Below, in pieces: positions 11,039 through 20,700 of a stretch of 64,000 bases of DNA. The translations under genes were made by a program, and so were the position numbers. Below the pieces are notes generated by a model. That model saw only the letters and a list, made by a program, of their open reading frames with translations, had not been told where the DNA came from and ran no database searches. Within the stretch, counting starts at the first letter, position 1. Every line of letters starts with the position of its first letter. Location of the stretch: contig JBDHDE010000016.1 of NCBI GenBank assembly GCA_039591655.1, positions 17,769 to 81,768 on the forward strand, written 5' to 3'. This DNA is from Gemmatimonadota bacterium (GTDB lineage Bacteria > Gemmatimonadota > Gemmatimonadetes > Gemmatimonadales > GWC2-71-9).

Positions 11039-12283
11039 ATGAACCTGCAAAGAGCCACGACGGTCGCACTGGTCGCGCTATGCGCCGCTGCGTGCGCCGG
11101 TGAGGGAAGCTGGACCGGCGCGATGAGCGACAGCGCCGGTGTGACGATCGTCTCCAATACCGACCGGGGCATTTGGACCGAGTCGAGCCAGTGGACCCTG
11201 GAAGAAGAGCTGAGGATCGGCGAGGTCGAGGGTGACCCCAACTACCAGTTCGGCCAGATCGGGATGATCGGCGTCGCCTCCGACGGCCGCATGTTCGTGC
11301 TCGACCAGCAGGCCCAGCACGTCCAGGTGTTCGATGCCGACGGCCACTACATCCGAACCCTCGGGGGGCCGGGCGCAGGGCCGGGGGAGCTCAGCCAGGC
11401 TGCCGGGTTCTGCCTCGTGGCGGCGGGCGACACCCTGTGGATTCCCGACCTCATGACCCAGCGCATCAACCGCTGGGCGCCGGCCGGCGAGTTGCTGCCC
11501 AGCCTGCCCCTGGCAGTCGGCCAGATGCTCCCCGCGGTATTCCGCGCCACCGCGGCGGGCGAGATCGTGTATCAGGTGCGCCCCCTCCCGCTGCCCAACG
11601 CGCCGGCACCGGACTCGATGGATACCATCCTCCTGATGGGGCCCGAGGGCGGCCCCTCGGACACGCTCATGAGGTTCCCCACGGGTGAAGGGTACAGCGT
11701 CAGGGGCGGCGCCCCCGAGTTCAACGTGTGGTATCCCGAGCCGGCCTGGGACGTCACCGAAGGCCTGCAGGTGATCTACGGCGTCAGCGACGTCTACCGG
11801 TTCGGCGTCTATGCAGCAGGCGGCACACCCGAGCGTATCGTGACCATGCCCTTCGAACAGACGCCGGTGAGCGAACGGGAGAAGCAGGTCATCCTGGACT
11901 TCCTCGAGCAGCTGGCGCGGGACCAGGGGGCGCCCCCCGAGCGAGTTCAGATGTTCCTCGCCATGGTGAACTTCGGGGAGTTCATCCCGGCTTTCTCGGC
12001 GATCCTGTCCGGTCCCAGGGGAACGGTCTGGGTGCAGCACATCCAGTCGGTGGCCGACCTGACCGAGGAGGAGATGGCGGACTTCAACATCCAGGACCTG
12101 GGCGCACCGGACTGGGATGTCTTCGACGCCGACGGCCGTTACCTGGGCGTGGTCTCCATGCCGCAGCGGTTCTCGCCCCGTGGCCTGCGCGAGGACAAGG
12201 TCTACGGCGTGTGGCGGGACGAGCTGGACGTGCAGTACGTGACGCGCCTCCGGATCGTGGGAATCCCGGACGCGGAGGGCTAG
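11039..12283 (+). CDS. 6-bladed beta-propeller (NHL-like) lipoprotein
   Basis: Signal peptide with lipobox-like AAAC; repeats DGRMFVLD/VFDADG; GPGELS. Confidence 0.75.
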   Translation: MNLQRATTVALVALCAAACAGEGSWTGAMSDSAGVTIVSNTDRGIWTESSQWTLEEELRIGEVEGDPNYQFGQIGMIGVASDGRMFVLDQQAQHVQVFDADGHYIRTLGGPGAGPGELSQAAGFCLVAAGDTLWIPDLMTQRINRWAPAGELLPSLPLAVGQMLPAVFRATAAGEIVYQVRPLPLPNAPAPDSMDTILLMGPEGGPSDTLMRFPTGEGYSVRGGAPEFNVWYPEPAWDVTEGLQVIYGVSDVYRFGVYAAGGTPERIVTMPFEQTPVSEREKQVILDFLEQLARDQGAPPERVQMFLAMVNFGEFIPAFSAILSGPRGTVWVQHIQSVADLTEEEMADFNIQDLGAPDWDVFDADGRYLGVVSMPQRFSPRGLREDKVYGVWRDELDVQYVTRLRIVGIPDAEG

Positions 12284-12876
12284 CCGCCGCCCTCCCGCTG
12301 CAGCAGGTCGCGATAGGCCGCCGGCGTGTCGACGTCCTCCAGCACCGCGGGGTCGTCGACGGGAATCACCGCAACTCGCGAGGGGTCCGCGCGCACCACG
12401 GCGCGGGCCCCCTCATGCTCCGGTGCAGACAGCAACTCATCGAATACCGGCCGGCCGAACAGCACGGGGTGCCCCCGGCGGCCGCCGTAGCCCGGGACCA
12501 CAATGGGCTGGCCTCCGTCCCTGAACTGCTCCACCAGACGCGCTACCGTCTCGGGCCGCACGTGGGGCCGATCCACGTGCCAGACGAGCGCAGCCTCAAC
12601 CGGGTGGTTAACGGCGGCTTCGAGCCCGAGGCGTATGGAGCCGAGCGGACCGCTCTCCGGCGCCGGGTTGCAGATCACGGTCGCATCAGCCAAGTCACTA
12701 TCAGATAATAGGTTGTAGACATCCGGACCGACCACGACGACCACCGGGGTGAGCCCCTGAGCCCGGCAGCACTCGATCACCACCGCGAGGAAGGTGGACC
12801 CCCGGAAGGGGAGCAGGGCCTTGGGGGTCCCCATTCGCTCGGAGGCCCCGCCTGCCAGAACAATGGCTGCAATCAT
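12280..12876 (-). CDS. MobA-like NTP transferase (MocA/YgfJ type)
   Basis: LAGGASERMGTPKALL, VDRP, GHPVLF, DVDTP. Confidence 0.85.
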   Translation of the reverse strand: MIAAIVLAGGASERMGTPKALLPFRGSTFLAVVIECCRAQGLTPVVVVVGPDVYNLLSDSDLADATVICNPAPESGPLGSIRLGLEAAVNHPVEAALVWHVDRPHVRPETVARLVEQFRDGGQPIVVPGYGGRRGHPVLFGRPVFDELLSAPEHEGARAVVRADPSRVAVIPVDDPAVLEDVDTPAAYRDLLQREGGG

Positions 12877-12925
12877 CGGAAGACCATAGATTGGGTAGCC
12901 CGCGACCCTACGTGCGAGGCTAGCA

Positions 12926-13477
12926 ATGGCAATCCGTCCGGTCCGACTCCTGGGCGACCCGATTCTGCGCGCGAGATGTGAACCGGTCAAGAACACTCGG
13001 TCCCCCGCCGTGCGCGTCGTGGCCGACGACCTGCAGGATACGCTGCGCCATCTCAAGGAGAAGCACGGGATGGGCCGGGGGCTGGCGGCCTCTCAGATCG
13101 GCGCGCCAATGCGGATAGTGTACGTCGAGACCGACGAGCCCCACATCCTCATCAATCCCGAGATCGTCGACATCGGCACGTACGACTTCCTCGTGTGGGA
13201 CGACTGCTTCTCGATCCCCGACCTGCTGGTGCACGTTCAGCGCGCCTACCACGTCAAGGTGACGTTCAGCGACCTCACGGGGAACAAGCACACGATGGAG
13301 GCCGAAGGCGAGCTCGCCGAGCTGCTGCAGCACGAGATCGACCACCTCGACGGGGTGCTGATCGTGGATCGCCCAGTCGGCCTCGATCCATTCTGCTTCC
13401 GGTCCGAGTGGGAGACGCACTACGCGGCGCAGGGTCGCTGCAGTGATCCGGTGCCACGGACGCTGGTGCCGGCGTAG
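12926..13477 (+). CDS. def: Peptide deformylase (variant motif II)
   Basis: GRGLAASQIG, INPEI, DDCFS, QHEIDHLDG. Confidence 0.85.
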   Translation: MAIRPVRLLGDPILRARCEPVKNTRSPAVRVVADDLQDTLRHLKEKHGMGRGLAASQIGAPMRIVYVETDEPHILINPEIVDIGTYDFLVWDDCFSIPDLLVHVQRAYHVKVTFSDLTGNKHTMEAEGELAELLQHEIDHLDGVLIVDRPVGLDPFCFRSEWETHYAAQGRCSDPVPRTLVPA

Positions 13478-13486
13478 AGTCCTCCG

Positions 13487-14707
13487 CTAAGAGAGCAACT
13501 CCAAGAACTCCGCAATCACCCGGCTCGTCGCAATCGGCTGTTCCATGGGCGTCAGGTGACCGGCTTCCGGTATCACGGTGTACTGGGCTCCCGGAATGCG
13601 ATCGGCCATGGAGCGGGATTGCTCCTCCGAGATCATGTGATCTTCCTTCCCGGCGACGACGAGCGTCGGTACGCTGATCTCCTCCAGGAACGCAGTAGAG
13701 TCGCGGCGTTCCTTCATCGCCGTGAGCGCACCCACGATCCCGGCCGGGGGATTCCCCGTGATCATCGTGCGCACGTGCTCCACCACCTGCGGCATGGCCG
13801 AGAGCGAGCTAGGAGCCAGCAGCTTGGGCAACATGGGCTCGGCCAACGCCCCGGAGCCCTCTCGCTCGACGAGGCCGATCATCTCGTCCCGGGTTGCCTT
13901 CCCTTCGGGGCTATCGGCCTCGGCCCGGGTGTTGGCGAGAATGAGCCCCCGCACCAAGTCGGGATGATTGCGCACGAACTCCAGGGCGATGTATCCGCCC
14001 ATGGAGAGCCCGCAGATCACCGCCTCCTCGACCTCGAGCTTATGGAGCAGCTCGGCGAGGTCCTGCGCGTACTCCACCATCGAGTAGCCGGCGTCGGGCG
14101 CGTCGCTGAGCCCCATGCCCCGCAGATCGGGGGCGATGCGGCGCCAGCCCGTGAGGGTTGCCATCAGGTGGCGCCACATCGTGCGGTCGAGGGGAAAGCC
14201 GTGGAGGAACACCACGGCGGGACCGTCACCCTGGATGTCCACCGCCGTCGCGACACCCCGCACCAGGAAGTGCTGCACCGGGCCCGCGCGCACCGACGGG
14301 CGCGTTCCGAAGAACTCCCGGATCGCGCCGGGGACGGCGGTAGGCTGCCCGCTCTCGCCGATGCATACGAACACGAAGTCCGCCTCGGCTACGAGGGTGC
14401 CGTCCTGCTCACGGCGCGCCGTCTGATGCAGCGAGAAGCTGGTGCGCCCGAGATGGGTGAGCGTCGTGTCGAACCGCAAGAGGTCGCCTGGGAGGGCCTC
14501 GGCGGTGTACTCGATGGTGGCCTTTCTCACCGCAGGCCAGGCCCTGGAGCGGGCGAACGCGTCCATCCCCGGCCCCCGCGTGAGGGACTCCCAGCGGGCG
14601 CGCTCGAACATCCGCAGGTAGGCGGCCTGGTTGACGTGCCCGAACGAGTCGCAGTCGTCGGGGTAGACGCGGATCTCAACCGGCTGAACCGTGCTCACGT
14701 GAGCCAC
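13487..14707 (-). CDS. Fusion: 4HBT-type hotdog thioesterase + alpha/beta hydrolase
   Basis: N: DCDSFGHVNQAAY...ERAR; C: HGFP, DLRGMG, GLSMGG, GKED, AGHL. Confidence 0.85.
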   Translation of the reverse strand: MAHVSTVQPVEIRVYPDDCDSFGHVNQAAYLRMFERARWESLTRGPGMDAFARSRAWPAVRKATIEYTAEALPGDLLRFDTTLTHLGRTSFSLHQTARREQDGTLVAEADFVFVCIGESGQPTAVPGAIREFFGTRPSVRAGPVQHFLVRGVATAVDIQGDGPAVVFLHGFPLDRTMWRHLMATLTGWRRIAPDLRGMGLSDAPDAGYSMVEYAQDLAELLHKLEVEEAVICGLSMGGYIALEFVRNHPDLVRGLILANTRAEADSPEGKATRDEMIGLVEREGSGALAEPMLPKLLAPSSLSAMPQVVEHVRTMITGNPPAGIVGALTAMKERRDSTAFLEEISVPTLVVAGKEDHMISEEQSRSMADRIPGAQYTVIPEAGHLTPMEQPIATSRVIAEFLELLS

Positions 14708-14914
14708 CTGGTCGGAAAGGTGGGTAAACTTACCTTATGGGCCGAATCATGAGGAGAAGGCCCGGGCGGTGGGACGCCGCAGGCCTGGCATGGTCGGGCC
14801 GCCTGCTGTAATCTCGAGGAAAGTTCTCAGAACGACGGGAACGAGCAGCAGTCTTTAATCGCAGTCGCGACACTGTCATTATGCTGTCGTTAGACTACAT
14901 GCCACACGTGGCTG

Positions 14915-14965
14915 TATGACAACGACTTAACATTTTTCCACACTGACTAGACAGTGTGTTGATAA
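14915..14965. promoter_or_regulatory. IHF-like site plus two inverted DnaA-box-like sequences
   Basis: ACAACGACTTA (IHF-like), TTTTCCACA 14934-14942, TGTTGATAA 14957-14965. Confidence 0.5.
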
Positions 14966-14986
14966 ACTAGCCAGGTTCCCGCGATC

Positions 14987-16144
14987 ATGCCCACTAGACC
15001 GTCACCGGCGCAGCCTCCCCCGATCTCCGACCCGGGGGAGCTCGAGTCTCTCTGCGCCCGACTCGCCGCCGAGCCGAGGATCGCGTTCGACACCGAGGCG
15101 GCCTCCTTCCATCGCTACGTGGACCGGGTGTACCTGATCCAGGTGAGCAGTGACCACGAGACCGCTCTGGTCGATCCTCTGACTCTGCCGGACCTCAGTC
15201 CCCTGGGCGCCCTCCTCGCGGAGCCTGACTTGGAGGTCGTATTTCACGACGCCGACTACGACTTGCGCATCCTCGACCGCGATTACGGATTCCGGGCCAA
15301 CAGGCTGTTCGACACCAGGATCGCAGCACAGCTGGGCGGCGAGCCGGCCGTGGGGCTGGGGCGCCTGCTGGAGAAGTACTTCGGCGTGCAGGTGGACAAG
15401 AAGTACCAGCGTGCCGACTGGTCGCGCCGTCCCCTCACAGATGGCATGATCGCCTACGCCGCCGATGACACCCGCTACCTACCCGCCCTGCGCGATCGAC
15501 TCGAGGGACGGTTGGCAGAGCTCGGCCGCCTGGAGTGGGCGCGGGAGGAGTTTCGCCGCCTGGAAGCCGTCCGCTGGACCCAGGCTGCAGCCGATGCCGA
15601 CGACGCCTTCCTGCGCATCAAGGGCGCCGGGGCGCTCGGTCGCCGTCAGTTGACCATCCTGCGCGCCCTCTACCGGTGGCGCGAGGCTGCCGCCGAGCGT
15701 CTCGATCGGGCGCGGTTCCGCGTCTTGAGCAACACCGCGCTCCTCGCTCTGGCCCAGGCAGCTCCCACCAGCATGCGCCTGCTCACCTCCGTAGATGGTA
15801 TGCCGACTGCAGTGGCGCGGCGCCACGGCCGGGAGATCCTCGAGGCAGTGAAGCTGGGCAAGAGCGCGCCCGAGAAGAAGCTGCCCAGCCTGCGACGGGG
15901 GAAGCGGCCCAAACCGGATCCGGGCTACGACCAGCGGCTAGAGCGTCTCAAGCGGCTACGCAAGGAGCGGGCGGGGACTACGGAGCTCGAGGCCGGGTTA
16001 CTCTGTCCCAACGGAACGCTTCAGGCAATAGCGCGGGCGGTGCCCGCCTCTGCCGAGGCGCTCGACGCCGTCGAAGAGTTGCGACGCTGGCAGCGCGACG
16101 TGATCGGCGACCGGGCGATCCTGGACGCCGTGGCGGGCGGGTAG
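14987..16144 (+). CDS. rnd: Ribonuclease D (DEDDy exonuclease + HRDC)
   Basis: DTE, HDADYD, DWSRRPL, YAADD, HRDC-like WRE..A..LD. Confidence 0.9.
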   Translation: MPTRPSPAQPPPISDPGELESLCARLAAEPRIAFDTEAASFHRYVDRVYLIQVSSDHETALVDPLTLPDLSPLGALLAEPDLEVVFHDADYDLRILDRDYGFRANRLFDTRIAAQLGGEPAVGLGRLLEKYFGVQVDKKYQRADWSRRPLTDGMIAYAADDTRYLPALRDRLEGRLAELGRLEWAREEFRRLEAVRWTQAAADADDAFLRIKGAGALGRRQLTILRALYRWREAAAERLDRARFRVLSNTALLALAQAAPTSMRLLTSVDGMPTAVARRHGREILEAVKLGKSAPEKKLPSLRRGKRPKPDPGYDQRLERLKRLRKERAGTTELEAGLLCPNGTLQAIARAVPASAEALDAVEELRRWQRDVIGDRAILDAVAGG

Positions 16145-16147
16145 CTC

Positions 16148-16474
16148 CTAGAGGCCCAGGTAAGCGCGCACCTTCGGGTTGATGCGCTCAGGCGTCCAGT
16201 AGGGCTCCCACACGAGCTCGATGCGCACGTCCTTCACACCATCGAGGGCACGGATCACTTCGTCCGACTCGCTCATGATCTGGCCGGCGGCGGGGCACCC
16301 CGGTGACGTGAGCGTCATCTTCACATCGACCTTCCCCTCTTCGATCAGCACCTCGTACACCAGGCCGAGATCGACGATGTTGATCCCGGCCTCGGGATCC
16401 TTCACCTTGCGCAGCGCGTCGACGACTACCTGATCGTCGAGCGTCGGGCTCGGAGTCTTGGATTCGTCAGTCAT
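16148..16474 (-). CDS. sufT: DUF59/SufT metal-sulfur cluster assembly factor
   Basis: DPE.GINIVDLGLVY, MTLTSPGCP, VWEPYWTP. Confidence 0.88.
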   Translation of the reverse strand: MTDESKTPSPTLDDQVVVDALRKVKDPEAGINIVDLGLVYEVLIEEGKVDVKMTLTSPGCPAAGQIMSESDEVIRALDGVKDVRIELVWEPYWTPERINPKVRAYLGL

Positions 16475-16612
16475 GTTGCGTCACTCGATCTCGGGGACAG
16501 CCGACTCCTATCACAGTGGCTGGCGGAGCGGCTCTGCGCAACCGCTAGTACATCGGATCCCCGCCACCGTTCCCTGCGACGTGGAAACCCACCTCCCGTG
16601 GAGGTCGCGTGG

Positions 16613-16992
16613 CTAAGGTACCGGCCCCCACCTCCGCGCGATCAACCCGTAGATCCTCTCCGCCAGGGGCATGACCCCAGGAACGGTGGTGATCCCGCGT
16701 ACCAGCCAGCCGCCCCGCAGATAGCGGGCTGCCTCGCGGCCCGCGGCTGCTCCCGCAAACACCGCCCCGTCGGGCCGCACGAAGTGGGCCGCCCCTGGCG
16801 CAGCCCCTCGATCCCCCGGCCAGTGAGCTCCAGCGCCACGGGCTCCTGCAAAGGAAGCACCCGAATCAGGTCGCCCCTGTCCAGCTGTTTCATCCAGGTA
16901 ACCCACCTGCGGCACAACCCGCAGCTGCCGTCGTATACCAGCGTCGGCCTCACGGGCTTGCGGGGAGCGTCGCCCACGCGGCCGGCCGTCAA
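16613..16992 (-). pseudogene. DCC1-like (DUF393) thiol-disulfide oxidoreductase, frameshifted near 16792-16795
   Basis: LVYDGSCGLCRRW in one frame; AAHFVRPDG...GAAA...IYGLIARR in another; TTG 16992 overlaps upstream stop. Confidence 0.75.
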
Positions 16993-18224
16993 CACGGGCC
17001 GGCAGCCGCGAGGGAGTCCGCCGTCCCGCAAATCTCCGCCCGCAGCGCCACCGCCGCATCGGCCACGCGGCCACGGATCTCCTTCAGTTTGGTGATGGAT
17101 CGCCGGGTGCGCGGCGCGAACACGCGGTTTGTCAGGACGATCACGTAGAGCTCGCGCTCCGGATCGATCCACATCGATGTCCCCGTGTATCCCCCATGAC
17201 CGTAAGCATCCGCCGAGAGCAAGGCCCCGTGGTTGTCGGTAGTGGAGGTGTCGCACATTTCCCATCCGAGGGCCCGGTTCCCAGGGCCTCGTCGCGTGAA
17301 GTGTCGCACCACACCCGGTTGGAACACTTGCTCACCGCTCCCGGCTCGGCCCTGGTTCAAGAGAACGCCGGCATATCGGGCGAGCTCCGCGCCGGTACTG
17401 TAGAGCCCCGCATGTCCCGAGACACCACCCAGACGCACTGCGTTCTGGTCATGCAGCTGGCCCGCGATAGCGTGCCCGCGCCACAGGCCTACGGGAGCAA
17501 TGGTGCTGCGCAGCGCTCTGGCGGGTCGGAACAGCGTGTGGACCATGTCGGCGGGTCGGTACACGCGCTCTTCCGCGAGCTCGTCGAGAGACCGTCCCGA
17601 CGCGCTCTCCACGACCCAACCCAGCAGCATCGCATTCAGGTCGCTGTAGACGACGCGGCCACCCGGATCGTGGCGCAGCGGCTCCGTCATCACTCGATGC
17701 CGCGCTTCCTCCGGGCTGGAGGTCTCCTCGTTCAGCGGCAAGAACGCGCGCAGACCGGTGCGATGCTCGAGGAGATGACGTACCGTGACGCGTTCCTTGT
17801 TCTCACCGACGAACTCCGGCAGGTACTCCTGCACAGCCCGGTCTAGGTCGAGGCGACCCTCCTGGACCAGCACCATCGCCGCTGGCGTCGCCGCAATCAC
17901 CTTGGTGAGGGAGGCGAGATCGTACAGCGTGCTATCGGGGTCGGGGGTGCGCGAGTCCGGCGACCAGGTGAAGTGGCCGTAGCCCCTGGAGTAGAGCACA
18001 CGGTGCCGGGTACCCACCACAACGACGCCTCCGGGAAAGACGCCCCCCGCCACCCCGTCCTCCATCGCGCGGTCGATGTCCCGGGTTGCCCCGCCCTGGA
18101 GGGTGAAGGCGAGAACGAGCAGGAGCGCCGCCGGAGTCCTCAGCCGACGCAGTCCAGCAAGAGCTCGACGTGTCCGCAGCGTGCGCTTAGATAGCTGAAT
18201 GGGCTGCCACCGCCTGGAGTCCAT
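16989..18224 (-). CDS. Serine hydrolase, beta-lactamase class C family
   Basis: YDLASLTK (SxxK), YSDLN, HDQNA...GHAGL, GHGGYTGT. Confidence 0.9.
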   Translation of the reverse strand: MDSRRWQPIQLSKRTLRTRRALAGLRRLRTPAALLLVLAFTLQGGATRDIDRAMEDGVAGGVFPGGVVVVGTRHRVLYSRGYGHFTWSPDSRTPDPDSTLYDLASLTKVIAATPAAMVLVQEGRLDLDRAVQEYLPEFVGENKERVTVRHLLEHRTGLRAFLPLNEETSSPEEARHRVMTEPLRHDPGGRVVYSDLNAMLLGWVVESASGRSLDELAEERVYRPADMVHTLFRPARALRSTIAPVGLWRGHAIAGQLHDQNAVRLGGVSGHAGLYSTGAELARYAGVLLNQGRAGSGEQVFQPGVVRHFTRRGPGNRALGWEMCDTSTTDNHGALLSADAYGHGGYTGTSMWIDPERELYVIVLTNRVFAPRTRRSITKLKEIRGRVADAAVALRAEICGTADSLAAAGPC

Positions 18225-18254
18225 ACTAGTTTAACCCCGTCGGGTGCATCGACG

Positions 18255-19766
18255 ATGCCTGAGAGATTCCCGAGGGAGCCCGTGTACCGAGCATTTCACA
18301 GAGTCATTCTGCTGACTGTCGTCCTTCCCGCCGGCCCCGCTCTCGCGCAGGAGGCGGCAGTCGACACGCTGACCCTCAAGGCGCACACACACTTCCTGGC
18401 CCACGACCTGCTTCGCGGCCGCGCCACCGGGACGCAGGGCGCGCGTCTCGCAGCCGTCTACATAGAGGCGCAATGCCGCGCGCTCGGCCTCCATCCCGTG
18501 CAGGGGGCGTACACCCAGCAGGTGCCTCTGGAACGGGCGCTGATACTGCGCGGGACACGGCTGGAGGCCACGGCTCCCGGGGGGTCCCTGGAGTTCGCCT
18601 ATCCGCAGGATTTCACTCCGAACGTCGGCACCAGGGCAACGCTGGGGGACTTCGCCGGCCCCACGGTGTTCGTGGGGGACTCCCGCCGTGTCACCGAGGG
18701 CGGTCTCGCCGAGGTGGGCATCACCGGCCACGTTGCCGTCACTCTGGGGCCGTTCCTTGGGGCCGCGGTCGATACGCTGGCCCGCCGGGGGGCAGCCGGC
18801 ATGATCCATCTGGTGGGCGACGCCCAGAGCTACCAGCTCTACGCCCGGAGTCGCGGGGCGTCACGGCTCTACCACGCCGAAGCCGACGTGCGCTCGTCGT
18901 TCATGCCAGAGTTGCCGTCGATCATCGCGGGGCCGCGAATCGCCCGGCTGCTGATGGCCGGCGCAACGCGGGGGAGGGATCAGGAGATCCCGCCCCAGCC
19001 GCTCCCCTGGGCGGTGACGGTGTTCCTGGAGCTCGAGCGCAGCACGGCCGAGACTGCGAACGTCGCCTGTATGCTGCCGGGCTCACATGCCGGTGCAGCC
19101 GATACGGCGATCGCGTTCACCGCACACTACGATCATCTGGGCATCGGCGAGCCTGATGCGGACGGCGACTCTCTATACAACGGGTTTTCCGACAACGCAG
19201 CGGGCGTGGCAATGCTGCTGGCCATCGCCCAGACGCTGGCGCGAGAGGATGCCGAGCCGCTGCGGTACTCTACCCTGTTTCTCTTCCCCGGCGCAGAGGA
19301 GCGCGGGCTCCTGGGATCGGATTACTACGCGGCACGACCACTGTGGCCACTGGAGCAAACGGCGGCGGTCATCAACCTGGACGCCGGTGCGCCTCCGGCG
19401 CCGCCGGTGAGTTGGCGCCTCGCAGGTGTCGACAGCACCGGTCTGGGCGGCGTGGCAATACGTGTAGCCGAGGAGCACGGCTGGCAGATCACGACGTCTC
19501 CCGCGCGACCCAACTCCGATTACTATCCCTTCGCCCGGGAAGGCGTGCCCGCTCTGTTCATCATCCCGGGTCCCGCGCCCTACGAGGGCCTCTCATCCGA
19601 CAGCTCGAAGGTCCTACGGCATCGCTGGGACGCCTACCATCAGCCGGGAGACGAGTGGGCGGAGGACTTTCCCTTCAGCGGGTTGGCTCGATACGCGGGA
19701 TTCGCTCTCGAGATCGCCCGCGCGATCGACGACGGAGCCGCGCTCAGGTCGGCGCCGCGACCCTAG
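18255..19766 (+). CDS. M28 family peptidase (PA-domain type), secreted
   Basis: AHYDHLG, NGFSDNAAG, AEERGLLGS, SDYYPF, YHQPGDE. Confidence 0.9.
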   Translation: MPERFPREPVYRAFHRVILLTVVLPAGPALAQEAAVDTLTLKAHTHFLAHDLLRGRATGTQGARLAAVYIEAQCRALGLHPVQGAYTQQVPLERALILRGTRLEATAPGGSLEFAYPQDFTPNVGTRATLGDFAGPTVFVGDSRRVTEGGLAEVGITGHVAVTLGPFLGAAVDTLARRGAAGMIHLVGDAQSYQLYARSRGASRLYHAEADVRSSFMPELPSIIAGPRIARLLMAGATRGRDQEIPPQPLPWAVTVFLELERSTAETANVACMLPGSHAGAADTAIAFTAHYDHLGIGEPDADGDSLYNGFSDNAAGVAMLLAIAQTLAREDAEPLRYSTLFLFPGAEERGLLGSDYYAARPLWPLEQTAAVINLDAGAPPAPPVSWRLAGVDSTGLGGVAIRVAEEHGWQITTSPARPNSDYYPFAREGVPALFIIPGPAPYEGLSSDSSKVLRHRWDAYHQPGDEWAEDFPFSGLARYAGFALEIARAIDDGAALRSAPRP

Positions 19767-20515
19767 CGGACCCGCTGCGGTTCCCTGACCGAGCCGGGAG
19801 GGAGGGCGTAGAGCAAGCCGGCGGTCCTCAGATCGCGCAGCGTCAGGTCATGGACCGCGGTCATGGGGTACATCACGTCGGACCGGTCGTCCGAATGCCC
19901 CAACCCCAGCAGATGCCCGATCTCGTGGACCGCGACGGTGCGGACCGCTTCAGCCGAGAGCGGCCAGCCGTTGTGGGAGTGGGTGGCCAGCGTGAGGACT
20001 CCGTTGACGATCAAGCCGCGGTTGCTCCACCTGAGATCCGCTTGGCCGGTGCGTTCGTTGGGGAACCGCTCGATCCACCGCACCGTCACCTCCGCCCCCG
20101 CCGAGTCTCGCACGAACCGGAAGCGCACCGGTATCCAGCTCCCGCGCTGCCAGCGGAAGAAGGCATCCTCCACGGCCTGGCCCATCGCCACCGTGTAGTC
20201 CCCAACCTCACCCGCCGGCAGGTACACCGCCACCGGCCGGTCGACCCGCTCGGGCCAGCGACGCAGCATCGAGTCATTCTCCTGGAGCATCGCGGGCAAG
20301 TACGTGTCCGACTCGGCGATCCGACGCCGCACGGCGGCCCGGACCGCACGGACGCTATCCCAATCGACGGTGACGCCCTGGACCACCGTAACGGTCTCCC
20401 GGGCGGCTCGTAGCTGACCCGGCCGCCGCGAGCCTCCCAGCGCGCGCTCTGCCAGATAATACGTGACGGCGGCCGTCACGATCAGCAGGAGAACGAAGAC
20501 GATCCGGCGACCCAT
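19763..20515 (-). CDS. Matrixin (M10-like) zinc metalloprotease
   Basis: HEIGHLLGLGH plus Met-turn VMYP; N-terminal TM anchor. Confidence 0.88.
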   Translation of the reverse strand: MGRRIVFVLLLIVTAAVTYYLAERALGGSRRPGQLRAARETVTVVQGVTVDWDSVRAVRAAVRRRIAESDTYLPAMLQENDSMLRRWPERVDRPVAVYLPAGEVGDYTVAMGQAVEDAFFRWQRGSWIPVRFRFVRDSAGAEVTVRWIERFPNERTGQADLRWSNRGLIVNGVLTLATHSHNGWPLSAEAVRTVAVHEIGHLLGLGHSDDRSDVMYPMTAVHDLTLRDLRTAGLLYALPPGSVREPQRVR

Positions 20516-20700
20516 GACACCTAATATGCGACCCCCCCGGTTGCCGGCGCCACCGGCCTTCCGCTGGCATCCGGCAGCTTCGGGCTCTATCATTAGCTGC
20601 TCTAAGCGAGTACCGGACACCAGCTTGTAGCAGTGACCAATACAACGATCAGTCCCGCTGTACGTGGTTGGGGAGAGCCGTGCGGGGCAGGGGGAGCGGC

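Noticed and set aside
14786..14802. TGGCATGG as a sigma54 -24 element upstream of rnd
   Set aside because: No GC at the required -12 spacing
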